Assembly: GCA_000004695.1 (NCBI GenBank)
Contig: CM000154.2
Location: forward strand, 480,001-544,000
Length of the DNA: 64,000 bases
Reading direction: 5' to 3'
Source: Dictyostelium discoideum
Taxonomy: Eukaryota
Each line of letters begins with the position of its first letter. Position 1 is the stretch's first letter. The translations under genes were made by a program, and so were the position numbers. Shown here one piece after another: positions 36,651 through 50,346 of the stretch. A model generated the notes under the pieces. That model made no database searches and was not told where the DNA came from. It was given only the letters and a program-made list of their open reading frames with translations.

Positions 36651-37132
36651 GTGATAATAATAATAGTGATAATGAAAAAGTTTTAAATAATTTACCAATT
36701 ATAAAAGGTTATAATTTAATACCAAATATTAATGAACTGAATAAAGTTTTACAAGATACAATATCAGATTATTCAAATGAACCCTTGGAATCATTTAGCG
36801 ATATTGGCTATTTAGTTGGTGAATTTAAGAATATAATTTCAAATTATTATTTAATGGAAGCAGAAATTCAAGATTTATCATTACGTTTTAAAATTAAACG
36901 TCAAACATTGAAAAATTATGGCGAACTTTCAATTCAATTACCAAATGGTTTCACTTGTAATCTTTATTTAGATTCTGATTATCCAAAATATTCAAATATT
37001 GAAATTCAATCAATTCAAAAACCAAATTCTAATGAATTAGTAACAAATTTATCATTTATTCAAAAAAATATAAATGAAAATAAATGGAGTTTATTACAAT
37101 TAATTGAAGAAATTGATTATTATTTAAAATAA
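35703..37132 (+). CDS. Hypothetical protein with poly-Asn tracts and a conserved-looking C-terminal domain (about 437 aa); 2 exons at 35703..35876 and 35993..37132
   Basis: Exon 1 gives MNSNNDSNILFVNQVGELLTRYNEQIGQLNKGLLDYYYNNGFDKKNLNSIEKELGIVQ|GTATGA in phase 0. The (A)nTTTAAATTAG acceptor at 35991/92 is in frame with track ORF 36008 (DCFSKMKWNYIENGNKQLF...). There is no recognisable domain. Confidence 0.55.
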
Positions 37133-37220
37133 TAAAATTTTTTAAAAAAAAATAAAATAAAAAGTTATGATTTTTTATAAATATATATATTTATATATTC
37201 TAATTTTAAAATTGAAAAAT

Positions 37221-37251
<31 letters not shown>

Positions 37252-37252
37252 A

Positions 37253-37754
37253 TTATTTATTTATAAATTTCCAAAATTTTTTAGTATTATTATTTGTAAT
37301 TGTAATGATTTTAATTTGTTGTAAAATTGAATGATGATCGAAAATTTCGAAATTAAAAGGTAGATTATTCCAATTCTTTATAATTATTAATTCCAAAGGT
37401 GGTAAAACATTTGAAGCAATTGGTTGTTTATATGATTTATCAAATGTTAAATATTTTAATGACTTTGGAAGTGAATCACTTTCTAAAATTTGGTCAAACT
37501 TTTCACCAAATTCAATATAACAAAGATTATTAGGTAACATATTCTTTGTTAATTTTTCATTATAATAATATCCAAATATTAATACTTTTAAATTTTTTGG
37601 AAAACTATTTGGTAATAATGGTTGATTAAATTTATGACTCATTATCAATGTTTCAATTGTTGAAGGTAGTTCATTTAAATTGATTGGTTCATTAAAATTT
37701 GGACTAAATGATAACTTTTTTAAATTACAAATAATGTTAACACCATTACCATAT

Positions 37755-37812
<58 letters not shown>

Positions 37813-39814
37813 ATTGATTTATTTTTGGTAAATCTCTTAATGATCCTAAATATTTAAATGATTTAACATTTGATGGTATATTGAAAGGATAGAATAGAGT
37901 TGATGTATTGATTTCTAATTTTTTAATACTTGATGGTAAGAAATCACTAGAGACTAATAATTGTTTTGGACAATTTCTAAGTTTTAAAACTTGTGTTGAA
38001 GGTGGAATACAATTAATTGGTAACTCTTGATTATAATGATAACCAAATTCAAGTTTTATTAAAGATTGAGGTAAAACACCAACTTCAATTGGTTTATTGA
38101 AATTCCAACCTAATATAAGTGATTTCAATGATTTTGGAAGAACATCATGACCAATGGTTTGATTAAAAAGGTAACCAAATTGTAAATGTTCTAATGATTG
38201 AGGTAATGATCCAATCTCTAATTGATAATCGAATCTATATGAAAGTTTTAAAATTTTTAAACCTTCGGGTAACTGATTTGGTTCAATCTTTTGATTAAAA
38301 TATAAACCCATAGTTAATGAAGTACATGATTGTGGTATACAACCAATTCTTAAACATTGGTCGAATGAGTCACCAAATATAATTGATGTCAATGATGATG
38401 GGAATGAATTTATTACTAATGGTTTATTAAATTTATTACCAAGTTCAATTTCTTCTACACTATTTGGTATTACACTCTTTCTAATTAATGAATCGAAATT
38501 ATCATGAAAAATGATTCTCTTTACACCCATTGGTATCATATTTGGTTTAATCTCTCTATAATTAAAATAAAGTTCTTCTTCTTCTTTATAATAATTTTCA
38601 GATGATTTAGAAATATCAAGTTGAGGTCCTTGAATTGCTAAACCATCAATTATTACCCAACAATTTGAATTTGGTATTGATCCTTGAACTAATAATTTTT
38701 CAAATGGTGATGAATTAAAACAATAGTCCAATAAACTACCACCACCACTACCACCACTACCACCACTACCACCACCAATATTATTTATATTTTTTGTAGG
38801 GCTACATTGTTTATAATCATTATTATTATTATTATTATTACTTGAGAAAAATGATGATGATAATAAATTTTGATCTTTAAATTCCAATTTCTCTAATGTT
38901 ATTGGTAAAACATTTGGTTTTATAATTTTATTGAAATTTGTACCTAATTTTAAAGATTTTAAATTATTTGTAATCCAATCTTTAGTTAACTCTTGATTAA
39001 ATGATTTACCAAATTGAATATGTTCAATAGAGTTTGGTAAACCATAAATAGGTTTATTAAAATCATCACCAAATATTAATGATGTAACAGAGTTTGGTAT
39101 TGAATTTGATAATATCGGTTGATTAAATTTACCAATGAATTGAATTTCTTTCAATGAATTACCAACTAAACAATTTGTAGGTATTGGATAATTGAATCTA
39201 CCTGATAATACTAATTTTTCAATTGATGATGAATTTAATGATAAATTATTAAAGCTATTACTATTAAATTCTGATGAACAACCTAATTTAAATATTAAAG
39301 TTTTCAATCCTTTTGGTAAATAACTAGATGATAATGTACCAATAAATTTACATCCAAATATTAATGTTTCTACACTATCTGGTATGGAAATTATATTTGG
39401 TTCATCATTTAAAGATAAATTTAAATTCTTTATATTATTTGGTAAATTTTCTTTTTCAATTTTATTATTATAATTATTGTTATCATAATTATTATTATTA
39501 TTGTTATTATTATTGGTATTATTATTACTATTATTATTATTATTAGGATTATAATTTGAATTTATAACATTATTAAATAAATTAAAATTATTTATAAAAT
39601 CATTATTGTGAAAATGATAATTATAAAAATTACTATATTCTTGATTTGATATTAACCTATGTAAATTATTTAATAGTCTTATAAATTTGAAAAGTTGTTT
39701 ATTAATGAAAATATTCCTAAATGCTTTATAAAATAATTTGCTCATATTTTCATCATAGTTTATTGTTTGGTCATTTTCTTTGTTGTCTATTTTTAATTTT
39801 TTGTGTAATGACAT
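37253..39814 (-). CDS. FNIP-repeat-containing protein, a Dictyostelium-specific repeat family; single exon
   Basis: Many tandem copies of the roughly 22-aa FNIP unit are present (...LP.SL..L.FG..FNQPI...., for example FGYHYNQELPINCIPPS, LGWNFNKPIEVGVLPQSL, FGEKFDQILESDSLPKSLKYLTFDKSYKQPI). The gene also carries poly-Asn and a GGSGGSGGSGGG linker. Confidence 0.8.
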
Positions 39815-40444
39815 ATTTTTTTTTTTTTTCTTTTTTGTAAAATAAAGAAAATGACTTTATTTAATTTTTGGTTTTTAATTATGAATGGATAATAAAAAAA
39901 AAAAAAAAAAAACAAAAAAAAAAAAATGTAGTGGCGAAAATAATAATTTTATGAAGATATATCTTTTTTTATATTTATGTGGTTGTAATTTCATATGTTT
40001 GAAATTTTTAATTTTTTAATTTTTTTTTGTATTTTTATTTTTTTTTTGTATTTTTTTATTTTTTTTGTATTTTTTTTTTAAAATCTAATTAAATAATCTT
40101 TTTTAAGTATTAAAAAAAAGATTTTTTTTTCACAGTTAAAATTTTTTATTTATTTTTTAAAAAAACAAAAAAAAAAAAAAAAAAAAAAAAAAAATAATTT
40201 ATTTTTTAATAAAACAAAAAAAAAAAAAAAAAAACTAAAACGTTCTAAATTCACTTTTTTATTTATTTAATATGGTGGATGAAATTAAATTCTTAATGTC
40301 AAATTGGATGTTCGAAAAAATAAAATTTAAAAAAAAACAAATAAAATAATCCAAATTTAATCATTTGTTTTTTTGATTTTTATTTGATTTGATTTTATTT
40401 TATTTTATTTTATTTTATTTTATTTTATTTTATTTTATTTTATT

Positions 40445-43064
40445 TTATTTTATTTTATTGTTACTATAATCAGTTTGAGATTTAATTAATTTATTAAATT
40501 TGGAATTTGGAATATTCATTAAGTTTGAAGGAGTATCGAATTCTATTAATTGACCACTATCTATTACTGCTATTTTATTACAATCAATAATTGTTTCAAG
40601 TCTATGAGCAATTGTTAAGGTTGTACAATCTTTAAAGTTTTCTTGAATTGTTTGTTTGATTAATTGAGCTGTATGGTAATCAATTGAACTTGTGGCTTCG
40701 TCCATTAAAATGATTTTAAAATTTTTTAAAATCGTTCTACAAAGACATAATAATTGTTTTTGACCATATGAGAAACCATTATCACCATTCTCTTGTAGTG
40801 CTGTCTCTAATTTTAATGGCATTGAATTGATTGCATCCTTTAATTTAACTTTTTCAATTGATTCCCAAATTTCAAAATCAGTGAATTCATTGAATGGGTC
40901 AATGTTTGAACGAATTGTACCTGTGAAAATGAATGGATCTTGAGGTACAATACCTATTGATGATCTTAGTTTTTGTAATTGAACCTTTGATATATCAATA
41001 CCATCAATTAATATTAAACCTTTTGAACATTCTACCATTCTAAATAATGATGAAGCGATAGTTGTTTTACCGGCGCCAGTTCTACCAACTATTCCAATCT
41101 TTTCGCTGGATTGAACTTTAAATGATAAATCTTTTAAATTTGGTTCTGAATTTGGTCGATATTTAATTTCCACATTTTTAAACTCTATAATACCTTTATT
41201 TGGCCAATTAACTAAATCACCATTTGAAATAGTTTTAAGACCATCACTATCAACTTGATTAGTACCAGTGGATATGAGTTTATTTCCTTCTTTTGGAATT
41301 TCAATATAACTTTGAATTCTTTGGAATGAGTTCATTTTAACTTCTAATTCAACGATTCTACGAACTCCCCAACTTAGATAACCATTTAAACTCAAAGCAG
41401 TTGTGACTGATAACGCAGCGAGTCCATTGTTTGATGTGAATAATGCAGCAGCTAATGAAGTAAAGAATACCATTATACAACCCATAACTTCTAATCTCAT
41501 AGATATCCATCTATGAACTGCGAAACTATAAAAGATACAACCTAAATTAATATTGATATTATCAAACATTTCTTTAATAAATCTAGATTCTTGTTTATAA
41601 GTTCTAATTGTAAGTAAACCATTATAGCACTCTTGAAGTAATGAAAATACTGGCGATAATGTAATAGATTCCCATCTATTTAATTCTCTTGCTGATGGTC
41701 TATATAATCTTTGATAAATATAATAAATTATAAATAACAAAGTTAAAGGTATAATAATAATTGGAATAATGAAAACTATTGAAATTAAACCAATTGTTAA
41801 TTCAGAGAAACATATTGAAACCTCTGATAATAGATCCAACATATGAATATCAATATCACTAGTATCTTTACTGAATCTATTTAAAATTCTACCTGATGGA
41901 TTTGTATCAAAGAATCTACATGATGCATATGTTACTGATTTTAATAGTGCTGAATGTAAATTTTTACCAATTCCAAATGTTATACGACTTAATGAATATG
42001 TACGTATCATTAATAACGAAACAAAAATACCAATAATTAATAAATAGTAACCAATGTAAAATGAATCACTTTTGCCTTCAATTGATCTTTCTGTCCAAAT
42101 TGCTAACCAAAAATCTGAAACTTTATAAACGGCTTGACCAATGAAAAATAATGAAATAGTGATGAAAAGTGTTACACCTGATGTTCCATAACTAAAGTAT
42201 TTTTTATAAACATTAAATTCTACCTCTCCCTCATTTTTATCTTCTTTAACTAATAATTTTGCTTTCTCGATTAAATTTGGATCATTCTTATCACTAATAA
42301 CATTATTAACATCAATAATTTCATTTTCGATTTCAATTTCATTTTTTATTAACTCTTCACTATCAGTTTCATTTTCAACATTTTTTTTAATTTCTTTTGT
42401 TTTTAAAATTGATTTAAAATCAATACCTTGAATACAATGATCGAATAAATGTGATGCGACTTCAGGATCTACAGCTGATAAAGGTTCATCAAAAATAAAA
42501 CAATCTGAATTTGCATAAAGTGCACGTGCTAATGATATACGCTGTTTTTGACCTCCTGAAAGGTTAATACCACGTTCTCCAATCTCTGTTAAATCTAATC
42601 CTGCTAAATTTACTATATCTTTTGTTAATGCTGTTGATTCAATAACTTTTTTATATCTTTCTATATCAAATTCATTTCCAAATAGAATATTCTCTCTTAA
42701 TGATGCACTTAATAAAAATGGTTGTTGACTTGTAAATGAAATATTATTTGGTACACCACTAACACTACCATTTAATTTATAAATTTCACCAATTAAACCA
42801 CAAACTAAACTTGTTTTACCGCTACCAACAACACCACAAATCATAGTTAATTTACCTTTTGGTACTATTAAATTAATATCATTTAATTTATAATCAAAAT
42901 TTTCATTTATTTTAATATTTTCTTCATTTTCCTCTTCCTCTTCTTCTTCATTTTCTTCCTCATCTTCGCTTTGATTAAATTCAAATAAATTATTATTTTC
43001 AGGTTCATTCCATTGAAATGTACAATTTTCAATTATAATATCATTATCATCATTATTGTTATTA

Positions 43065-43099
<35 letters not shown>

Positions 43100-44477
43100 G
43101 AAGTTAATATTTTGATTATTTTCTTTTGATTTTAAAGATTCAGAAGATTTTAAAAAATTTTGAATTCTTTTGACTGATGGCATTAAACCAATAGCTTTAT
43201 AAATATCTTCAGGTAAATAAATTAAGGGTAATTTTAAATTTGCAAAAATGGTCATTGCTGTGAAAGTTACATCTAAACTCATTGTATTACCGGTTAATGA
43301 ATAAGTTGCAAATGTTGATACTAATACTAAGGTTGCATTGGTTTCAATCATCATATGATCGAAAATCCAAAATAAAACTCTAAGAAATAAAAATTTTAAT
43401 TCTTGTTTTCTTTGTTCTTCAATTTTATTTATAAATAAATTCTCCCATGCATACATTTTAAATGGTCTAATATTGGTTATTAATTCACTGGTTAAATTAG
43501 TTCTTGAATCTGAATATTCCAATGATTTCTCTAAATAATTACTAGATTTTGTACACAACATGGTGTTGATTGGTAATGCAATTACCATTACACCAAATCC
43601 AACTAAACCACTTGGACCAACTACATAACATAATAATCCCAATAATATAAGAATTTGAAGTGTATGTGATACAATATCTAAATAATAAGTCCAAAAGAAT
43701 TCTGATATATTTTCAACATCAATTGACATAATATTCATAATTTTTCCAGATCTATATTTCTTTTTTGATACATTTGATAGTTTTAATGTTTTTTCAAATA
43801 TCTTTGCTGTTAATGCGCCTCTAACATCAAAACTATTTTTCATACCAAACCAATAAAATAATTCTTGTGAAATTGATTGTCCTAATATACTGATACATAA
43901 TAAACAACATAATAAAATTCCTTTTAAAATGGATTTTTCATTATCATTATCTGTTGATATATAATTTATTAAACTTTTATAAAAAAAAAAAAAAAAGTTA
44001 GTTCTTTTTTAATTTAAAAATAAATAAATATTAGATTAAATTAAATACATACAATTTTAAACAAATTGGTGATAAAAATATAAAAATTGTAATAAATATA
44101 TTTGAAATTAATGCATATTTATTTTTTGGTAAAAAATTTTTATAAATATGTTTTATTAATGCATATTTTGAACCATTTGAAAAATTGATATCATCCAATA
44201 GTTTTGATGTGGTTTGGACTTTATTTAACTCTGGTAAATCATAAATATCGTTCATTTCTAATGATTCTTTGAAATAACCTTTCATTATTAATTTCGTTAC
44301 CCAATTAAAACTAATTTTTGACCATTTTGATGAATTATCTTCTGGACATGCTTTATAAAAATTATTTGTTGAATTTGATGGTGAAGATGATGGTTCATTT
44401 TCATCTTCATCATCAAGCTTTTCATACAATAATGAAAATTTTTTTTTTATTTTTGTTTCGAAACTATTTATAAACAT
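40445..44477 (-). CDS. abcC: ABC transporter, ABCC/MRP subfamily (TMD-NBD-TMD-NBD), tandem copy 1; 2 exons at 44477..44053 and 43973..40445, about 1317 aa. It carries a 45-codon in-frame deletion in NBD1
   Basis: Exon 1 (MFINSFETKIKKKFSLLYEKLDDEDENEPSS...FLSPICLK, phase 2) has donor TT|GTATGT. The acceptor ATAAAAG|T at 43974/75 restores ..LINYISTDNDNEKSILKGILLCCLLC...GMKNSFDVRGALTAKIFEKTL.... Walker A (GVVGSGKTS), signature (LSGGQKQRISLARALY) and Walker B (CFIFDEP) are present, and NBD2 has GRTGAGKTT, FSYGQKQLLCLCRTILK and ILMDEATSSID. Relative to copy 2, 135 bp are missing at 42427|42428 (protein ...DHCIQG^IDFKSI...). Confidence 0.85.
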
Positions 44478-44851
44478 TTTTTTTTTTTTTTTTTTTTTTA
44501 TTTTATTTTTTTTATTTTATTTTTTTTACTTTTTTTTTATTTACATTGCACGAAATTTAAAATAAAATTTTTATACCGAAGAGAATTGCAATAAAAAAAA
44601 AAAAAAAAAAAAAAATTAATTTGAGAAAAAAGTGGTAAAAGCAAAAATAAAAAAAATGGGTTATAATTTGTTTTTACCGAAGCAATTATTAGATAAAACC
44701 CTAAAATTTTTAATGTGCCTTATATGTTGTCGCAATAATTTAAAAACACAATAATTAGCTGTAATAATTTTTATTATTTTCTTTTAAAATTCACAACTAA
44801 ACAGAAAAAAAAAACAACAAAAAATTGTATTATTTATTAAACAAATGCCCA

Positions 44852-44905
<54 letters not shown>

Positions 44906-45230
44906 TACTCTTTATTTTTGAAAAGACAATTTTTTATTTTTCCTATTTATTTTTTATTAATTTTAATTTATTTGTTCATTTTTATTTTTTCTTTTATTTT
45001 TTTTTTTGTTTTTGGTTTCACAAATTTTAGATTTTCGAAAAAAAAAAAAAAAAATCCAATATTCTCCACTCAAAATATAAAATGATTTTACTAAAAGTTT
45101 ACTTCTTCATAAGAATAAGTAAAGGATAAAAGAAAAAAAAAAAAAAATTATTCCAGTCAAGTGGATTTTGATTTAAATAAATTTCTAGAAAAGATTATTT
45201 TTTTTTTATTTATTTATTTGTTTTCATTAT

Positions 45231-48200
45231 TTATTTGTTTATTATTGTTTTTTCATTGTTATTATAATCAGTTTGAGATTTAATTAATTTATTAAATTTG
45301 GAATTTGGAATATTCATTAAGTTTGAAGGAGTATCGAATTCTATTAATTGACCACTATCTATTACTGCTATTTTATTACAATCAATAATTGTTTCAAGTC
45401 TGTGAGCAATTGTTAAGGTTGTACAATCTTTAAAGTTTTCTTGAATTGTTTGTTTGATTAATTGAGCTGTATGGTAATCAATTGAACTTGTGGCTTCGTC
45501 CATTAAAATGATTTTAAAATTTTTTAAAATCGTTCTACAAAGGCATAATAATTGTTTTTGACCATATGAGAAACCATTATCACCATTCTCTTGTAGTGCT
45601 GTCTCTAATTTTAATGGCATTGAATTGATTGCATCCTTTAATTTAACTTTTTCAACTGATTCCCAAATTTCAAAATCAGTGAATTCATTGAATGGGTCAA
45701 TGTTTGAACGAATTGTACCTGTGAAAATGAATGGATCTTGAGGTACAATACCTATTGATGATCTTAGTTTTTGTAATTGAACCTTTGATATATCAATACC
45801 ATCAATTAATATTAAACCTTTTGAACATTCTACCATTCTAAATAATGATGAAGCGATAGTTGTTTTACCGGCACCAGTTCTACCAACTATTCCAATCTTT
45901 TCGCTGGATTGAACTTTAAATGATAAATCTTTTAAATTTGGTTCTGAATTTGGTCGATATTTAATTTCCACATTTTTAAACTCTATAATACCTTTATTTG
46001 GCCAATTAACTAAATCAGCATCCTTAATTGTATGATTATCAACTTCATTTGAGTTTGTTGATACGAGTTTATTTCCTTCTTTTGGAATTTCAATATAACT
46101 TTGAATTCTTTGGAATGAGTTCATTTTAACTTCTAAGTCAACGATTCTACGGATTCCCCAACTTAGATAACCATTTAAACTCAAAGCAGTTGTGACTGAT
46201 AACGCAGCGAGTCCATTGTTTGAAATGAATAATGTTGCAATTAATGAGGTAAAAAATACCATTATCCAACCCATAACTTCCAATCTCATAGAAACCCATC
46301 TATGAACTGCGAAACTATAAAAAAAACAACCTAAATTAATATTGATATTGTCAAACATTTCTTTAATAAATCTAGATTCTTGTTTATAAGTTCTAATTGT
46401 AAGTAAACCATTATAGCACTCTTGAAGTAATGAAAAAATTGGGCTAACTGTAATAGATTCCCATCTATTTAATTCTCTTGCTGATGGTCTATATAATCTT
46501 TGAAGTATATAGTAGGCAATGGATAAAATAATTAATGGAATTACCATAATTGGAATAATGAAAACAATAGAAATTAAACCAATTGTTAATTCAGAGAAAC
46601 ACATTGAAACCTCGGTTAATATATCAAACATATGAATATCAATATCACTAGTATCTTTACTGAATCTATTTAAAATTCTACCTGATGGATTTGTATCAAA
46701 GAATCTACATGATGCATATGTTACTGATTTTAATAGTGCTGAATGTAAATTTTTACCAACGTTGAATGTAATACGACACAATAGTAAAATACGTATCATC
46801 AAGATTACAACAAAAGTACCAAAAATTAATAAATAGTAACCAATGTAAAATGAATCACTTTTGCCTTCAATTGATCTTTCTGTCCAAATTGTTAACCAAA
46901 AATCTGAAACTTTAAAAATGGCTTGACCAACGAAAAATAATGAAATAGTGATGAAAAGTGTTACACCTGATGATCCATAACTAAAGTATTTTTTATAAAC
47001 ATTAAATTCTACCTCTCCCTCATTTTTATCTTCTTTAACTAATAATTTTGCTTTCTCGATTAAATTTGGATCATTCTTATCACTAATAGCATTATTAACA
47101 TCAATAATTTCATTTTCGATTTCAATTTCATTTTTTATTAACTCTTCACTATCAGTTTCATTTTCAACATTTTTTTTAATTTCTTTTGTTTTTAAAATTG
47201 ATTTAAAATCAATACCTTTTTCATTTAATTCTTGATATGTACCTTGAATTAATTGACCATTCGAATTTAAAACTATAATATGATCTGCATATGGAATGAA
47301 TTGAAGTTGATGAGTTACTAAAATTCGTGTTTTATTTCTCATTAATTCTCCTTGAATACAATGATCGAATAAATGTGATGCGACTTCAGGATCTACAGCT
47401 GATAAAGGTTCATCAAAAATAAAACAATCTGAATTTGCATAAAGTGCACGTGCTAATGATATACGCTGTTTTTGACCTCCTGAAAGGTTAATACCACGTT
47501 CTCCAATCTCTGTTAAATCCAATCCTGCTAAATTTACTATATCTTTTGTTAATGCTGTTGATTCAATAACTTTTTTATATCTTTCTATATCAAATTCATT
47601 TCCAAATAGAATATTCTCTCTTAATGATGCACTTAATAAAAATGGTTGTTGACTTGTAAATGAAATATTATTTGGTACACCACTAACACTACCATTTAAT
47701 TTATAAATTTCACCAATTAAACCAAAAATTAAACTTGTTTTACCACTACCAACAACACCACAAATCATAGTTAATTTACCTTTTGGTACTATTAAATTAA
47801 TATCCTTTAATTTATAATTAAATTCTTCATTATCATTTTCTTTTTTATTAATTGATTCATCTTGATTTTCTTCTTCTTCATTGTCACCATAATTTAATTC
47901 AAATATATTATTATTTTCAGGTTCATTCCATTGAAATGTACAATTTTCAACTATAATATCATTATCTTGGCCATGTTGATTATTATTTTCTTTTGTTGTT
48001 GTTATTTTTTGATTTTCATTTTTAAAATTTTTATTATATTTTAAAGATTCAGAAGATTTTAAAAAGTTTTGAACCCTTTTGACTGATGGTATTAAACCAA
48101 TAGCTTTAAAAATATCATAAGGTAGACGAATTAAAGGCACTTCTAATTTTGAAAATATTGTCATTGCTGTGAAAGTTACATCTAAACTCATTGTATTACC

Positions 48201-49373
48201 GTTTAATGAATAAGTTGCAAATGTTGATACTAATACTAAGGTTGCATTGGTTTCAATCATCATATGATCAAGTATTGAGTAAAAAATACGTAGGAATATA
48301 TTCTTTAATTCTTGTTTTCTTTGTCCATCAATTTTATTTATAAAGAAATTCTCCCATGCATACATTTTAAATGGTCTAATATTGGTTATTAATTCACTGG
48401 TTAAATTAGTTCTTGAATCTGAATATTCCAATGATTTCTCTAAATAATTACTAGATTTTGCGCATAACATTGCATTGATTGGTAATGCAATTACCATTAC
48501 ACCAAATCCAACTAAACCACTTGGACCAACTACATAACATAATAATCCCACTAAACTTAATATTTGGATGAAATGGGACACTATATTAATATGATGTGTC
48601 CAAAAGTATTCAGATATGTTTGCAACATCAATTGACATAATATTCATAATTTTTCCAGACTTGTATTCCTTTCTTGATGCATTTGATAATTTTAATGTTT
48701 TTTCAAATATCTTTGCTGCTAATGCACCTCTAACATCAAATCCATTTTTAATACCAAACCAATAAAATAATTCTTGTGAAATTGATTGTCCTAAAACACA
48801 TAAACATAATAAACAACATAATAAAATTCCTTTTAAAATGGATTTTTCATTTTCATCTTGTATTGAAATATAATTTATTAAACTTTATTTTTTTTTTTTG
48901 AAATAAAATAAAATCAATTAATAAAATTGGAAATAATTGGAAAATAAATAAACTATATAATATACTTACAATTTTAAACAAATTGGTGATAAAAATGTAA
49001 AAATTATTATAAATAAATTTGAAACTAAAGCATATTTATTTTTTGGTAAAAATTTTTTATAAATATGTTTTATTAATGTATAATTAGAATTATTTGATAA
49101 ATCTATATCTTCCAATAGTTTTGATGTGGTTTGGACTTTATTTAACTCTGGTAAATCATAAATATCGTTCATTTCTAATGACTCTTTTAAATAACCTTTC
49201 ATTATTAATTTCGTTACCCAATTAAAACTAATTTTTGACCATTTTGATGAATTATCTTCTGGACATGTTTTATAAAAATTATTTGTTGAATTTGATGATG
49301 GTTCATTTTCATCTTCATTATCTTTTAGTTTTTCATAGGACGAAAAAAACTTTTTTAAAATTTTAGTGAACAT
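45231..49373 (-). CDS. abcC: ABC transporter, ABCC/MRP subfamily, tandem copy 2 (intact NBD1); 2 exons at 49373..48970 and 48882..45231, about 1351 aa
   Basis: The true ATG is MFTKILKKFFSSYEKL at 49373, and the track start at 49421 is translated poly-A leader. The donor TT|GTAAGT at 48969 and acceptor (A)12TAAAG|T at 48883/84 restore ..LINYISIQDENEKSILKGILLCC.... NBD1 contains ...CFIFDEPLSAVDPEVASHLFDHCIQGELMRNKTRILVTHQLQFIPYADHIIVLNSNGQLIQGTYQELNEKGIDFKSI, including the H-loop His. The 3' 1.3 kb is nearly identical to copy 1. Confidence 0.85.
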
Positions 49374-49687
49374 TTTTTTTTGTTTTTTTTTTTTTTTTTT
49401 TTGTTTTGTTTTGTTTCTCACACAAACATGATCTAATTAAATAACTCGGCAACTCCAATATTTTGTTTAAAAGCAACTCCATTATTTAGTGATTTGTTCT
49501 TTATTTCTTAAAAAATTCTCTACTTTCATTTTTGAGAAAATATATTTAAAAGGTTCACCCTTATAGTATGTTCTTTTTTTTTAAAGTGGAGAAAAGAGAA
49601 TGAAAGCTGTGTTTTTTTTTAGATTTTTTGGATTTTTCGTTTTAATTTTTTTTTTTTTAGTTCGTTTTTTTAGGGTTATCTTGATTT

Positions 49688-49723
<36 letters not shown>

Positions 49724-49744
49724 GGAATTTTATTTTATGATTTA

Positions 49745-49824
49745 TTTTATATAATTTTGTGTATTTTTGTGTGCTTTATTTATCTATACTAAATTCATAT
49801 TAAAAATTAATAAATTTAAATTGT

Positions 49825-49866
<42 letters not shown>

Positions 49867-49895
49867 GGTCTAATTTGAATGTTATCATCAATATA
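49745..49895 (-). mobile_element. Copy c of repeat family 1 (reverse orientation; tandem with copy d, 310-bp spacing)
   Basis: The reverse complement reads ..GATGATAACATTCAAATTAGACCCAAAA (A)42 TTGATAACAATTTAAATTTATTAATTTTTAATATGAATTTAGTATAGATAAATAAAGCACACAAAAATACACAAAATTATATAAAATAAA. The terminal motif is TGAATGTTATC. Confidence 0.55.
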
Positions 49896-50040
49896 AACAT
49901 TATTTTTTATATAAAATATATTCACCCGTTGTTCTTCCAAAATAAAAAAATCATTACAAAAAATGGATGAAAAATAATTAAATTCTAAAAATAAAATTTT
50001 TGATTTAAAAAATAAAATAAAAAATTCAAAAAAACAGAAT

Positions 50041-50240
50041 GATTACATTCATTTTTTTTAATTTTTATATCATTTTGTGTATTTTTGAGTGCTCTATTTA
50101 TCTATACTTAATTCATATTAAGAATTAATAAATTTAAATTATTGTTTGAAAAAAAAAAAAAAAAATGAAAAATAAAATAAAAAAAAAAATGAAAATTTTT
50201 TTTTTTTTTTTTTTGGGTGCCCAGTTTGAATGTTTATCAA
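50041..50240 (-). mobile_element. Copy d of repeat family 1 (reverse orientation) with about 11-bp terminal inverted repeats
   Basis: The left end is GATTACATTCA (50041), the right end is TGAATGTTTATC (50226), and the reverse complement of the right end is GATAAACATTCA. The core CACAAAATGATATAAAAATTAAAAAAAATGAATGTAATCATTCTG is nearly identical to copy b. Confidence 0.55.
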
Positions 50241-50346
50241 TAATCTGTCCACAAATTATTTTTTTTTATTTTATCTATTTTTATTTTATAATAAAATAAT
50301 ATTTTTAAAAACAATATATGTTCTTTTTTTTTTTATTTTTTAATTA

